Source: Chloroflexota bacterium
Lineage (GTDB): Bacteria; Chloroflexota; Anaerolineae; VGOG01
Direction: 5' to 3'
Assembly: GCA_016875995.1 (NCBI GenBank)
Contig: VGOG01000001.1
Span: 7,386-71,385, forward strand
DNA: 64,000 bases
Each line of letters starts with the position of its first letter. The stretch's first letter is position 1. Shown here in pieces: positions 40,914 to 51,581 of this stretch. The notes beneath the pieces were generated by a model. It did no database searches, was not told where the DNA came from, and saw only the letters and a list, made by a program, of their open reading frames with translations. A program made the translations under genes and the position numbers.

Positions 40914-42695
40914 TTAAGGTTCATCGTCCACCAATCGCAAGCGCAGCTCTGCCAACTGTTGCTCCGATATGGGAGATGGCGCACCAAACGTAAGATCCTC
41001 AGCTCGCTGGGTTTTAGGGAAGGCCATCACCTCGCGGATGTTGTGCTCGCCAGCCAGGAGCATCACCAGGCGATCTATACCCGGCGCAATGCCACCGTGA
41101 GGCGGAGCCCCATACTCGAAGGCCTCCAACAGGTGGCCAAACTGGGCCTGCACCTCTGCTTCGGAAAGCCCCAGGACGCGAAACATCCTCTCCTGCAGAT
41201 CACGACGGTGAATCCTGATGCTGCCCCCACCGATCTCCCAGCCGTTACAGACGACGTCGTAGGCCTTGGCCCGCACCTTGCCCGGCTCGGTCTCCAGCAA
41301 GGGCAGGTCTTCGTCCATGGCTGAGGTGAAGGGATGATGCATGGCATTCCAGCGCCCATCCTCCTCGCTCCATTCCAGAAGGGGGAACTCCAGCACCCAG
41401 GCAAAAGCCAGCAGGTTATCGTCCCGCAGGCCCAATCGCTGGCCCATCTCCAGCCTGAGGTTTCCCAGGGCCTCAGCCACCACATCCGGCTGGTCGGCGA
41501 CGACCAGGATCAAATCGCCCCCCTCCGCCTCCACGCGAGCCAGGATGCCCTCCATCTCCGCCTGGGAAAGGAACCTGGCCACGGGCGACCGCAGCGAGAG
41601 GCCCGCTTCAACACTCAGCCAGATCAGTCCCTTAGCGCCGTGCTTCCTGACGAACTCCTCCAGTTCGTCCAACTGGCGGCGGCTGTAATCGGCGCAACCG
41701 GGGACGCGAAGGGCCTTCACCTGACCCCCTTCGGCCACCGCCTGGCGGAAGACGCGAAACTCGCTCTCGGCCACCAGGTCGGAGAGATCAATCAGGGGCA
41801 GGTCGAAGCGCAGGTCGGGCTTGTCGCTGCCGTAGCGGTCCATGGCCTCCCGATACGAGAGGCGGGGAAAGGGCTTGTACGTGAGGCTCTTGCCCGTCTC
41901 CGCAGACAGCGACTCCACCAGAGCGGTGAACAGGCCCTCGGTGAGCTGCAAGACGTCCTCGCGGTCCACGAAGGACATCTCGACGTCCAGTTGGGTGAAC
42001 TCCGTCTGCCGGTCGGCCCGCAGGTCCTCGTCGCGGAAGCAGCGGGCGATCTGGAAGTATTTCTCAAAGCCGGCCACCATGAGGAGCTGTTTGAGCTGCT
42101 GGGGCGATTGGGGCAGGGCGTAGAACTTGCCGGGGTGGACGCGGCTGGGCACCACGTAGTCGCGGGCCCCCTCAGGAGTGCTCTTGATGAGGATGGGCGT
42201 CTCGATCTCGACGAAGCCCTTCTCGTCGAGATAGTCGCGAATAAACTTGACCACCTTGTGGCGAAGGATGAGGTTACGCTGCATGCGTCTCCTGCGCAGG
42301 TCCAGATAGCGGTAGCGCAGGCGCAGGGAATCGTCCACCTCGTCATCTCTATTGATATAGAAAGGCGGCGTCTCGGCCGGATTGAGGATGTCCACCGAGT
42401 TGGCCACCACCTCGATATCGCCCGCGGCCATGTCTGGATTCTCCAGCCCTGCGGGTCGGCGGCGCACCAGGCCCTGAATGCGAAGCACGTGCTCGCCCCG
42501 GACCTGGGAAGCCGTAGCATGAGCCTCCGCCGAGAGCTCAGGGCTGGCCACCACCTGAGTTATCCCCTCGCGGTCTCGCAAGTCAATAAAAATCAACCCG
42601 CCGTGGTCGCGGCGGCGGTTCACCCAGCCGGCCAGGGTCACCTCCTGGCCCACGTGTTTGGCCCTAAGCTCTCCACAGGTATGAGTCTTCAACAT
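40914..42695 (-). CDS. aspS: Aspartate--tRNA ligase
   Basis: 593 aa. N-terminal OB fold, class II motif 2 [18 protein letters not shown], motif 3 [14 protein letters not shown]. Confidence 0.95.
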   Translation of the reverse strand: MLKTHTCGELRAKHVGQEVTLAGWVNRRRDHGGLIFIDLRDREGITQVVASPELSAEAHATASQVRGEHVLRIQGLVRRRPAGLENPDMAAGDIEVVANSVDILNPAETPPFYINRDDEVDDSLRLRYRYLDLRRRRMQRNLILRHKVVKFIRDYLDEKGFVEIETPILIKSTPEGARDYVVPSRVHPGKFYALPQSPQQLKQLLMVAGFEKYFQIARCFRDEDLRADRQTEFTQLDVEMSFVDREDVLQLTEGLFTALVESLSAETGKSLTYKPFPRLSYREAMDRYGSDKPDLRFDLPLIDLSDLVAESEFRVFRQAVAEGGQVKALRVPGCADYSRRQLDELEEFVRKHGAKGLIWLSVEAGLSLRSPVARFLSQAEMEGILARVEAEGGDLILVVADQPDVVAEALGNLRLEMGQRLGLRDDNLLAFAWVLEFPLLEWSEEDGRWNAMHHPFTSAMDEDLPLLETEPGKVRAKAYDVVCNGWEIGGGSIRIHRRDLQERMFRVLGLSEAEVQAQFGHLLEAFEYGAPPHGGIAPGIDRLVMLLAGEHNIREVMAFPKTQRAEDLTFGAPSPISEQQLAELRLRLVDDEP

Positions 42696-42734
42696 GGCGT
42701 ATCCTTTCCCGGTAACTACCTTGACATTGTCCAG

Positions 42735-43520
42735 CTAATATCCAGATAACTGTTCTTCCTGCCCTCGACGAAAGTAGACAATCTCGTCCGCCGAATCCGG
42801 TCCGTCCGATCCCCTGGCAATGTCCCGGCGCAGTCGCTCGAAGATGGCCGCCAGCAGGAGGATGGGGAGCAGCAGGGCCAATTGTGCCCCCCACGCGGGA
42901 ATCAGGCCAAGCTGGAAAAATACAGCCCCCAGGTTGACAAGCGTGTGTAACCCCACCGCCGCCAGGTAACCGATCATCCCACGTCCCTTGCCGTGCTGCA
43001 GGCCCGTCACCACCACGGCGGTCATCACTCCATGTACGAAGCAGACCACCAACCGTTCGCCGAAGTATCCAGTGAAGATGTACCAGGGCAAGGCTGCGTA
43101 CTGGGGGCTCTGCGCGATTCCGTAGGCCAGATAGGCGGCCTCTCCCAGGCCGAAACTGATCCCGAGCGCCATACCCACCCACAGGGCGGCGGCAGAGCTC
43201 ACCAGCAGCCTCCGTACCTGAGGCAGCAGGAGCGGAACCACCTTCACCGCCTCTTCGAATACGGGGGCCAGCAGGAACAGGAAGAGGATAAACCACCAGG
43301 GCGTCTCCAGGCCTAGCTTCGGCGCGACGCCAGCCATTTGCCCTGCCATCACTGCGAGGGGCCGTTTAACGCCCAGGTTCACCAATGCGCTGAGCGGCAG
43401 GCCAGGGAGGAGAAGCCACAGATAGCGCTTCGTGCGCCCTGGCAACACGTAAAGCAGCCCGCCCCACAGAGCGGCAGAGACCAGCAGCGTGATGACTGCC
43501 ATAACGTAGATGCCTGGCAT
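42735..43520 (-). CDS. PrsW-family intramembrane protease-like protein
   Basis: Polytopic membrane protein with APVFEEAVK (E-E-x-x-K) and later His motifs (FVHGVMTA, GLHTLVN). Confidence 0.55.
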   Translation of the reverse strand: MPGIYVMAVITLLVSAALWGGLLYVLPGRTKRYLWLLLPGLPLSALVNLGVKRPLAVMAGQMAGVAPKLGLETPWWFILFLFLLAPVFEEAVKVVPLLLPQVRRLLVSSAAALWVGMALGISFGLGEAAYLAYGIAQSPQYAALPWYIFTGYFGERLVVCFVHGVMTAVVVTGLQHGKGRGMIGYLAAVGLHTLVNLGAVFFQLGLIPAWGAQLALLLPILLLAAIFERLRRDIARGSDGPDSADEIVYFRRGQEEQLSGY

Positions 43521-43523
43521 GGC

Positions 43524-44057
43524 TCACTCCTCCATCCGCGCCATCAGCGCAGCGACAAAGCCCTCTTCATCGGCTGGCGTCAGGCCGTAAGTGGCGTCGT
43601 CGGTCTCAATCAGCAGGATGCGGTCCGCAGCCGCTGTAGCGCACATCTTCACCTTGCCCACATCGCTGTAGGGGACGGTGAAAAGGGCCAGCCCCGGCAA
43701 CCGCAAGCTGGACCAGAGGGAAATGCTCAGGTTGCGCCGCCGGATGCTGCGGATCCGGGCCAGGGGAATGTGGTAATGAAGCACCGGGCCATAGCGCAAC
43801 GTGAGGGCCTGATCGTCCAGTTCATAGCGCATGGTGGGAAAGCAGACGGCCAGAGCCAGCCCAGGAAGGCCGATCACCAACCCAAGACCGATATTCAACA
43901 ACAGTATAGGCCAAGGCACCTCACCCGGCAACAGCAGGGTTGTCCCCACACTTACCACCAATGTCAGTAAGGCAATCAATATCAGCCATACCCAACCGTG
44001 GGAAGAACGGGGTTGGAAGGTCAGAGATGCCGGCGACTTGAGCGCAACTGCTACCAT
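43524..44057 (-). CDS. Membrane protein with a bacterial PH (bPH)-like domain
   Basis: Start at ATG 44057 after GGAGGAGGG. Two TM helices, then YELDDQALTLRYGPVLHYHIPLARIRSI. Confidence 0.5.
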   Translation of the reverse strand: MVAVALKSPASLTFQPRSSHGWVWLILIALLTLVVSVGTTLLLPGEVPWPILLLNIGLGLVIGLPGLALAVCFPTMRYELDDQALTLRYGPVLHYHIPLARIRSIRRRNLSISLWSSLRLPGLALFTVPYSDVGKVKMCATAAADRILLIETDDATYGLTPADEEGFVAALMARMEE

Positions 44058-44158
44058 CCCTCCTCCTGCTTTTGGATGACATATTATACTACCAGGGAAG
44101 GAAAAAAACAAGCGCCAGTCTCGTGGACTTTCGCAGCGGATCGCCAGATCCGCTTTCC

Positions 44159-44187
44159 TTGCACTTTTGCTGGGCCTGGGGTATAAT
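44159..44187 (+). promoter_or_regulatory. Promoter for the SNF2 operon
   Basis: TTGCAC, 17-nt spacer, TATAAT. 20 nt upstream of the ATG at 44208. Confidence 0.55.
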
Positions 44188-44207
44188 CTACTCAAAATGG
44201 GAGATGT

Positions 44208-47200
44208 ATGCTGATGTTAGTCCTGCATGGTAACTGGTTGCTACCTACCCAACCCACAGAATCCGGCCGCTTCCTGCTGTGGGCCGAGACCTCCCAGGCG
44301 AAGCTGCGCAAGCCGCGGGGACGCCCCCAGGTGCCCCCTCATCCCTTTGCCGCCCCGCCCGAGGCAGTGCAGCAGGCGATCCTACGCCTCGGTCCCCTTC
44401 CCGATACACCGGCCATGGTCCGCTTCAACTTGTTCCTGCCGGCTGACGGAAACCTGCCCCTCCCCTCCCCGCGCCTGGTGCATGACTGGGATGAGTTGGC
44501 CGACGCGACGCCAACGGGCCTGCGCCGCTTCAAGCTGGAGGGCCTGGCCCTGGACGCGACCGATGCCCTGCGACTGCTGACCGCCCTGCCCGCCCCGGAG
44601 GCCCTGCCACCGCACCTGGCCTGCGGAGATGATCTGATGTTCTGGAGCACGGTGGCCCGTTTCGCCCTGGAGCTGCTGGCCGGTCAGCGCTACATACCGG
44701 CCATCGAGCAGGTGGATGCTCAGACCTTCCACGCCCGCTGGCGCCCGGTGTTCGACCGACCCGAAGACGCCAGCCGATTGGCCCAACTGCTGCGATCCAT
44801 GCCTCCGGTGGCCCGGGCCTGCCTTCCTCCAGAACTGAAGGGCGAGCCCCAGCCCCCGCCGGCGCACTACTTGCTGGAGAGCTTTTTGATCAGCGTGGTG
44901 GACAGCGCTGTGCGTGAATGGCACGGCCACGCCTGGCGCCCCCTACGAGGTGACGACGTAGCCGTGGCCTGGCTCAATGCCCTTTTCGCCGCCGATCCCA
45001 CCATCGAGGGGCCGTACTTCACCCTCAGCACCCTGGCCAAAGCGCACAAGGCCTGGGTACGCCAGTTGCAGGTAGCCGGCGACGCCGCCTTCCGCGTATG
45101 CCTGCGCCTGGAGGTGCCTGAGACAACTGAGAAAGCGTGGCCCCTCGACTTCCTCCTCCAGGCCAGCGACGACCCCAGCCTGTTGGTGCCAGCCACGACC
45201 GTATGGAAGGCGCGGGGCAAGACCCTCACCTACCTGAACCGCCGCTTCGAGGAGCCACAGGAGCGACTGCTGACCGCGCTGGGCTATGCCTCGCGCATCT
45301 TCCCGCCGCTGGAGCGCAGCCTGCACCAGCGTCGCCCCACGGCAGCCCACCTGAGCACCGACGAGGCCTACACCTTTCTCCGTCAGGCCGCCTCCCTGCT
45401 AGAGCAGAGCGGCTTCGGCCTGCTGGTTCCCCCGTGGTGGAACCGGCGGGGCAGCCGCCTGGGCGCTCGCCTGCAGGTGAAGAGCCCATCCAGCTCGACG
45501 GACACCTCCAGCGGCCTCCTGAGCATGGAGAACCTGGTCAACTACCAGTGGGAGATTGTCCTCGGCGATCAGGCGCTGACCCGCGAGGAGTTTGAGGCTC
45601 TGGTACGGCTCAAGACGCCCCTGGTGCAGATCCGAGGCCAGTGGGTAGCCCTCAATCCGGAGCAGATCGAGGCCGCCATCCGCTTCTGGGAGAAGCGACA
45701 GGCCGAAGCCCAGATGAACGTGCTCGACGCGCTCTCGTGGGGACTGAGCGGTGAGGGCGAGGTGGATGGCCTGCCGGTGGAGAAGGTGGAGATCAGCGGC
45801 TGGTTCGGTGAGTTGCTGGAGCGGCTGAAGCAAGGGGAGCAACTCGAGGAGTTGCCTCAGCCAGACAGCCTGGCAGGAGAACTGCGCCCCTATCAGCAGC
45901 GCGGCTTCTCCTGGCTGACCTTCATGCGTCGCTGGGGATTGGGGGCCTGCCTGGCCGACGACATGGGACTGGGCAAAACGGTCGAGACCATCGCCCTTCT
46001 CCTGCACGACCGGGAGCACGACGGCCAGGTGCCGCCGGCCCTGGTCATCTGCCCCACCTCGGTGGCCGGCAACTGGCAGCGGGAGATCGAACGCTTCGCC
46101 CCCGATTTACGATCCATGCTCCATCACGGCACAGAACGAGCCAGCGGCCAGGAGTTCCTGGATGAGGTAACGAAGCACGACGTGGTCATCACCAGCTACG
46201 GCCTGGCGCGGCGCGACGCCGACCTGCTGGCCCAGGTGCGCTGGAGCGCTGTCATTCTGGACGAGGCGCAGAACATCAAAAACCCGGCGGCCAAGCAGAC
46301 CCAGGCCGTGCGCCAGTTGCCGGCCGACTTCCGATTGGCCCTCACCGGCACGCCCATTGAAAACCGCCTCTCCGAGCTGTGGTCTATCATGCACTTCCTG
46401 AACCCAGGCTACCTGGGCTCGCAAAAGCGGTTCCGAGGAGACTACGCCCTGCCCATCGAGCGTTACCGCGACCCACAGGCTACGGAACAGTTGCGCCGAC
46501 TGGTCGGTCCCTTCATCCTGCGGCGGCTCAAGACCGACCCCACCATCATCCAGGACCTGCCAGAGAAGCTGGAGATGAAGGTTTACTGCAACCTGACGCC
46601 GGAGCAGGCCACCCTGTACGAAGCCGTGGTGCAGGACTCCCTGACCCAGATCGAGGAGAGCGAGGGCATCCAGCGCAAGGGGATCGTGCTCAGCACCCTG
46701 CTCAAGCTGAAGCAGGTCTGCAACCACCCGGCCCAATTCCTGGGCGACGGTTCGGAGTTGCCCGGGCGCAGTGGCAAGCTGGCGCGGCTCAGCGAGATGC
46801 TGGAGGAAGTGCTGGCCGTGGGCGACCGCGCCCTGATCTTCACCCAGTTCGCCACCATGGGAGAGATGTTGAAGCGCTACCTCCAGGAGGGCTTCGGTCG
46901 GGAGGTGCTCTTCCTCCACGGCGGGACGCCCCGCCAGCAGCGGGAGCGCATGATCGAGCGCTTCCAGGGCTATGGACATGGCCCGCCCTTCTTCGTCCTA
47001 TCGCTGAAAGCGGGCGGGCTGGGCCTCAACCTCACGGGGGCCAACCACGTCTTCCATTTCGACCGCTGGTGGAACCCGGCGGTGGAGAATCAGGCCACCG
47101 ACCGCGCCTTCCGCATCGGCCAGACGCGGGACGTACAGGTGCACAAGTTCCTGTGCATTGGCACGCTGGAGGAGAACATTGACGCCCTCATCGAGAGCAA

Positions 47201-47312
47201 AAAGAGCCTGGCTGAAAGCATCGTCACCGCCGACGAGAGCTGGCTGACGGAACTTTCCACGGACGAGTTACGGGAGATGCTGAGGTTGAGGCCGGAGGCG
47301 GTGGGGGAGTAG
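44208..47312 (+). CDS. SNF2-family helicase with a long N-terminal SNF2-associated region
   Basis: 1034 aa. LRPYQQRGFSWL, LADDMGLGKT (motif I), ILDEAQNIKN (DEAQ box), LTGTPIENR, and C-terminal GGLGLNLTGANHVFHFDRWWNPAVENQATDRAFRIGQ. Confidence 0.9.
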   Translation: MLMLVLHGNWLLPTQPTESGRFLLWAETSQAKLRKPRGRPQVPPHPFAAPPEAVQQAILRLGPLPDTPAMVRFNLFLPADGNLPLPSPRLVHDWDELADATPTGLRRFKLEGLALDATDALRLLTALPAPEALPPHLACGDDLMFWSTVARFALELLAGQRYIPAIEQVDAQTFHARWRPVFDRPEDASRLAQLLRSMPPVARACLPPELKGEPQPPPAHYLLESFLISVVDSAVREWHGHAWRPLRGDDVAVAWLNALFAADPTIEGPYFTLSTLAKAHKAWVRQLQVAGDAAFRVCLRLEVPETTEKAWPLDFLLQASDDPSLLVPATTVWKARGKTLTYLNRRFEEPQERLLTALGYASRIFPPLERSLHQRRPTAAHLSTDEAYTFLRQAASLLEQSGFGLLVPPWWNRRGSRLGARLQVKSPSSSTDTSSGLLSMENLVNYQWEIVLGDQALTREEFEALVRLKTPLVQIRGQWVALNPEQIEAAIRFWEKRQAEAQMNVLDALSWGLSGEGEVDGLPVEKVEISGWFGELLERLKQGEQLEELPQPDSLAGELRPYQQRGFSWLTFMRRWGLGACLADDMGLGKTVETIALLLHDREHDGQVPPALVICPTSVAGNWQREIERFAPDLRSMLHHGTERASGQEFLDEVTKHDVVITSYGLARRDADLLAQVRWSAVILDEAQNIKNPAAKQTQAVRQLPADFRLALTGTPIENRLSELWSIMHFLNPGYLGSQKRFRGDYALPIERYRDPQATEQLRRLVGPFILRRLKTDPTIIQDLPEKLEMKVYCNLTPEQATLYEAVVQDSLTQIEESEGIQRKGIVLSTLLKLKQVCNHPAQFLGDGSELPGRSGKLARLSEMLEEVLAVGDRALIFTQFATMGEMLKRYLQEGFGREVLFLHGGTPRQQRERMIERFQGYGHGPPFFVLSLKAGGLGLNLTGANHVFHFDRWWNPAVENQATDRAFRIGQTRDVQVHKFLCIGTLEENIDALIESKKSLAESIVTADESWLTELSTDELREMLRLRPEAVGE

Positions 47313-47346
47313 AGATTGGATATTGGAGATTTGGGAGGTGATTTCG

Positions 47347-47679
47347 ATGAACCTGGAAGAATATTTCGAGTTTGTGGGCCCGGATGACATCCGCATCAAG
47401 GGGCACCGGATCGGCATTGACGACGTTCTCTACTACTACTTGGAGGGGTACACGCCGGAGGAAATTGCTGCTCAGCTTCCCACACTGAGCCTGGAGGAGA
47501 TCTACGCCACCATCACCTACTACCTTCAGAATCGTGCTGAGGTAGATGCCTATCTGACCCGGCTGGCCGCCTGGCGGGAGCAGCGTTACCAGGAGTGGGC
47601 TGCAAACCCGCCATCACTGGTTCAGCGCTTGCGCGCTTTGAAGGCCGACTGGGAGAAGGAGCGGGCTGCTGCGTCATGA
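47347..47679 (+). CDS. DUF433-family antitoxin-like protein
   Basis: IRIKGHRIGIDDVLYYYLEGYTPEEIAAQLPTLSLEEIYATITYYL. ATG follows GGAGG. Confidence 0.75.
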   Translation: MNLEEYFEFVGPDDIRIKGHRIGIDDVLYYYLEGYTPEEIAAQLPTLSLEEIYATITYYLQNRAEVDAYLTRLAAWREQRYQEWAANPPSLVQRLRALKADWEKERAAAS

Positions 47680-48035
47680 AAATCCGCTTCCTTCTGGATG
47701 AGAACCAATCGCCCCGTCTGAAAACGGCACTTCTCCGCCTGAATCCGACGATTGACGTGTTGCGGGTTGGCGACCCGGAGGCGACTCCTCTGGGCACACA
47801 GGACCCAGATCTGCTACGTTACCTGGAGGTCACACAACGGCTGCTGGTCACCTCGAACCGAACCAGTCTGCCTGCCCATATTGAAACTCATTGGTCGGCC
47901 GGTGGCCACCTTTGGGGTGTTTTCTGGGTACGCCCCGGTGTGCCAATCGGCCGGCTGGCGCTAGACCTCCATCTGATCTGGGAAGCCAGTGAAGCGGAAG
48001 AGTGGGTGGATCGATTAGACTGGGTCCCGCTGTGA
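47676..48035 (+). CDS. DUF5615-family (PIN-like) toxin-like protein
   Basis: ATGA overlap with the DUF433 gene. MKIRFLLDENQSPRL..DPDLLRYLEVTQRLLVTSN pattern. Confidence 0.7.
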   Translation: MKIRFLLDENQSPRLKTALLRLNPTIDVLRVGDPEATPLGTQDPDLLRYLEVTQRLLVTSNRTSLPAHIETHWSAGGHLWGVFWVRPGVPIGRLALDLHLIWEASEAEEWVDRLDWVPL

Positions 48036-48066
48036 TCCAGAGTTCCCCTGAGAGAAGGAGTCACTT

Positions 48067-48960
48067 ATGTCTTGGTGGTACCCACGATACACACCAACCA
48101 AACCCATTCCAGTCAAGGGCGGCATCAAGGCCCGCAGCCAGCGCGGAGCCATCGGCCAGAGCTGGTGGGCACAGCGGTGGATTGCGGCTCTGCAACGCAT
48201 CATGGACCCGAAGCGGCTGAACCGCGGGCGCAATTACGCCCGGCAGGGCCAGGTGATGGACATCCAGGAGCGGGACGGAGAGATCACCGCCAAGGTCCAG
48301 GGAACCCGTCCCACCCCCTACAGGGTGAGCATCCGCGTGAAGCCACTGAAGGACACCGACTGGGAGCGGGTGCTGGACGTGCTGGCCGATCAGGCTATCT
48401 TCACCGCCCAACTGCTGGCTGGCGAGATGCCGACAGAAATCGAGGAAGCCTTCACCGCTGCTAAGGTCAGCCTCTTCCCCGCCTCGGGCCGAGAGTTGGA
48501 GACCGATTGCTCGTGTCCCGACTGGGCCAACCCCTGCAAGCACATCGCCGCGGTGTACTTCCTGCTGGGCGAGGCCTTCGACGATGACCCCTTCATGCTG
48601 TTCCGACTGCGAGGCCGCACCCAGGAACAGGTGCTGGAGGGGCTGCGCGCCCGGCGCGGCGCGGCCGAAGAGGAAGAAGCTGGCCCCGACCTCATCGCCC
48701 TGCCTGCGGAGGAGACGGCTCCCACGCCCTTGCCGGAGGACCCAGCCATCTTCTGGCGCCTGAGCCAGCCCCTGGACGACTTCCAGGTACAGCCAAAAGC
48801 GCCCCAGGTGCCCTGGAGCCTGCTCCAGCGGCTGGGCCAGCCCGCCTTTGCCCCGCTGAACCTTCGCTCCAGTCTGGGTACTGTGTATCAAGAGGTCACC
48901 CGGCGCGCTGAGGCCCTGGCCCTCAGTGAACAAGCCGAAGTGGAGGAGGCATTGGCGTGA
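48067..48960 (+). CDS. SWIM zinc-finger protein
   Basis: CSCPDWANPCKHIAAV is the SWIM CxC..CxH signature. Confidence 0.85.
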   Translation: MSWWYPRYTPTKPIPVKGGIKARSQRGAIGQSWWAQRWIAALQRIMDPKRLNRGRNYARQGQVMDIQERDGEITAKVQGTRPTPYRVSIRVKPLKDTDWERVLDVLADQAIFTAQLLAGEMPTEIEEAFTAAKVSLFPASGRELETDCSCPDWANPCKHIAAVYFLLGEAFDDDPFMLFRLRGRTQEQVLEGLRARRGAAEEEEAGPDLIALPAEETAPTPLPEDPAIFWRLSQPLDDFQVQPKAPQVPWSLLQRLGQPAFAPLNLRSSLGTVYQEVTRRAEALALSEQAEVEEALA

Positions 48961-49574
48961 AAAACCTTGTCCTGAGCCGAAGCCCTGAACCACCGCTGCG
49001 AGCGCAGCGTGGCAGGCTCCGTGAAGGGGCAAGCGAAGGAATCGTCTTCTTCGACCTGGAGACGCGGCGGAGCTTCCAGGAGGTGGGAGGTCGGCACAAC
49101 ATTCGGCACCTGGGCCTCTCCGTGGCCGTGACCTATTCGACCGCCGATGGCAGGTATCACCACTATACCGAGGACAACGTGGACGAGCTCATCGAGGAGC
49201 TGAAGGCCGCGGACCTGGTCGTCGGCTTCAACGTGATGAGCTTCGACTACGAAGTGCTGAGGGCCTACACCGACTACCCCCTCCGCCAGCTCCCCACAGT
49301 GGACATCATGAACGACGTCTACCGCGTCCTGGGCTTCCGCCTGGGCCTGGACGCTCTGGCCAGCGCCACGTTAGGGACCACCAAGTCGGCCGACGGGATG
49401 CAGGCCATCCGCTGGTGGCGTGAGGGCAAGATGCAGGAGCTGTTCGAGTACTGCCAGCAGGACGTAGAGATCACCCGGCAGCTCTACGAATTCGGCAGGC
49501 AGAACAAGTACGTTCAGTATCGAGACCGGCAGTGGAGGATCAGGAGAGTGCCGGTTAACTGGGGCAACGGATGA
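48957..49574 (+). CDS. RNase H-fold DEDD 3'-5' exonuclease-like protein
   Basis: GTGA overlap with the SWIM gene. IVFFDLET (Exo I), VGFNVMSFDYEVL (Exo II), YCQQDVEITRQLY (Exo III). Confidence 0.65.
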   Translation: MKNLVLSRSPEPPLRAQRGRLREGASEGIVFFDLETRRSFQEVGGRHNIRHLGLSVAVTYSTADGRYHHYTEDNVDELIEELKAADLVVGFNVMSFDYEVLRAYTDYPLRQLPTVDIMNDVYRVLGFRLGLDALASATLGTTKSADGMQAIRWWREGKMQELFEYCQQDVEITRQLYEFGRQNKYVQYRDRQWRIRRVPVNWGNG

Positions 49575-49659
49575 ACAGCGGATAAACCGATGAGAGCTTG
49601 ACGTATCCGCTTATTCGCTCTCATCCGCTGCAGCACATACTTCAGGAGGACAAAAGTCA

Positions 49660-50379
49660 ATGATCGAGGTTCAAAATCTGGTCAAACATTTCGGTCCCAT
49701 CCGGGCCGTGGATGGGGTCAGCCTCGTCTGTCAAGACGGTGAGGTCTTCGGCCTGCTGGGCCCCAACGGGGCAGGCAAGACGACCACCCTGCGAATGCTG
49801 GCCACGATGCTTCAGCCAGTAGCCGGCACGGCCAGGGTGGACGGCCACGACGTGCTCAGGGAGTCAACAGAGGTCCGCCAGGCTGTCGGCGTGCTTCCTG
49901 AGACCGTTGGGCTCTACGGGCGGCTCACCGCCAGGGAGCAGCTCAGGTACTTCGGCAGGCTCTACGGCCTGGCCGACGCGGCCCTCGAACGCCGCATCGA
50001 GGAGCTTTTGACCATGCTGGAGATGGCCGACTACGCCGACCGCCGCTGCGAGGGCTTCTCCAAGGGGATGCGCCAGAAAGTGGCCCTGGCACGAGCCCTG
50101 ATCCACGACCCCAGGACCATGATCCTGGATGAGCCGACGGCCGGGCTGGACGTGATGAGCGCCAGAAGCGTCCGCGACTTCATAGACCGCTTTCGACAAG
50201 AGGGACGCTGCGTACTGCTTTCCACCCACGTCATGAGCGAGGCCGAGCGCCTCTGTGACCGCATCGCCATCATCCACAAGGGGAAGATCCTGGTTCAGGG
50301 CACGCCCGATGAGCTGCGGCAACGGACAGGGGAGGAGAACCTGGAGGAAGCATTTGTGAGGCTGGTTGGGGAGGAGTAA
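49660..50379 (+). CDS. ABC transporter ATP-binding protein (NatA-like)
   Basis: GPNGAGKTT, FSKGMRQKVALA, ILDEPTAGLD. Confidence 0.9.
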   Translation: MIEVQNLVKHFGPIRAVDGVSLVCQDGEVFGLLGPNGAGKTTTLRMLATMLQPVAGTARVDGHDVLRESTEVRQAVGVLPETVGLYGRLTAREQLRYFGRLYGLADAALERRIEELLTMLEMADYADRRCEGFSKGMRQKVALARALIHDPRTMILDEPTAGLDVMSARSVRDFIDRFRQEGRCVLLSTHVMSEAERLCDRIAIIHKGKILVQGTPDELRQRTGEENLEEAFVRLVGEE

Positions 50380-50381
50380 AA

Positions 50382-51581
50382 ATGCAAACTACCATCACCA
50401 TCTTTCGCAAGGAAATCCTGGATACCCTGCGCGACCGGCGTACGCTCTACGCCATGATCGTCGCCCCTTTGTTGCTCATGCCCCTGCTCACCATCTTGCC
50501 CTCGCATTTCATGGTCAGCCAGATGAAAAAGCAAGAGGAGGAACATATCAGGCTGGTCGTGGTAGGGGGCGAGCATGCTCCTGAGTTGGTGGCCTACCTG
50601 GAAGGGACAGGTCAGGTGGAAATTGTCGAGCCGCCGACCGATCTGGAGGGGGCCCTGCAAGAGGGCGACATCCCGGCCGCCCTGGCCATCCCGGCTGACT
50701 TCGCCGAAGCCATCGCTGAAGAGCGTCCCGTCATGGTCACCATCTCCAGCGACGCGAGCAAGATGGCCTCCAGCATGGCCGCCAGCCGGGTACAAATGAT
50801 GGTCCAATCCTATGCCCAGCGACTTATAGCCCAACGCCTGGCCGCCCGCGGCCTCGACCCCAGCGTGCTCACCCCCATCCAGATCAAGAGCCAGAACGTG
50901 GCCTCAGAGGAGCAGATGGGCGGGTCCTTCATGGCCATGCTCTTGCCCATGTTTATTGCCATCTGGGCGGTGGTGGGGGGAATGTACACCGCCATAGACG
51001 TCACCGCCGGGGAGAAGGAGCGGGGGACGCTGGAGGCCCTGTTGGTCACCCCCGCCAGCCGCCTCCAGATCGTGCTGGGCAAGCTCCTGGCCGTCATCAC
51101 CACCTCGCTGTCGGCGGTGATCCTCTCGGTGAGCAGCATGTACTTCTCGTTCCGCTTCTTCCCTGTGGAGACCATGGCCAGGGAGGGCGAGAAGGTCGCC
51201 TTCAGCCTGCCTCCTCAGACCATTTTGCTCATCGTTTTGGTTGCCCTGCCGCTGGTGGTGATGATCAACTCCCTGGAGATTGCCATCTGCATCTTCGCCC
51301 GCAGCTTCAAAGAGGCCCAGAACTACATCGTGCCCCTGCAGTTCGCCGTCCTCATTCCCACTCTGCCGCTGGTCATGGTGCCGGATCTGGCCATGCCCTT
51401 CGTCGCCTACGCCGCACCCATCGCGGGAGCCATCCTGTCCTTCCGCGACCTCTTGACAGGGGCTGCGAGCGGCGCGGCTCTGGCACTGACCGTCGCCTCG
51501 TCGGTCATTTACGCCGCCATTTGCTTGAGCGTCGCCGTCCGCATCTTCAGGCGGGAAAGGGTGCTTTTCAGGGCAGCGTGA
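50382..51581 (+). CDS. ABC-2 family permease (NatB-like)
   Basis: 399 aa. N-terminal TM, a large extracytoplasmic loop, then five C-terminal TM helices. Adjacent to the ATPase gene. Confidence 0.8.
   Translation: MQTTITIFRKEILDTLRDRRTLYAMIVAPLLLMPLLTILPSHFMVSQMKKQEEEHIRLVVVGGEHAPELVAYLEGTGQVEIVEPPTDLEGALQEGDIPAALAIPADFAEAIAEERPVMVTISSDASKMASSMAASRVQMMVQSYAQRLIAQRLAARGLDPSVLTPIQIKSQNVASEEQMGGSFMAMLLPMFIAIWAVVGGMYTAIDVTAGEKERGTLEALLVTPASRLQIVLGKLLAVITTSLSAVILSVSSMYFSFRFFPVETMAREGEKVAFSLPPQTILLIVLVALPLVVMINSLEIAICIFARSFKEAQNYIVPLQFAVLIPTLPLVMVPDLAMPFVAYAAPIAGAILSFRDLLTGAASGAALALTVASSVIYAAICLSVAVRIFRRERVLFRAA

Noticed and set aside
42664-43296. 210-aa minus-strand ORF overlapping the PrsW-like gene and the aspS start
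   Set aside because: It is a Gly/Arg/Pro-rich alternative frame of the well-supported polytopic membrane protein gene 42735..43520.
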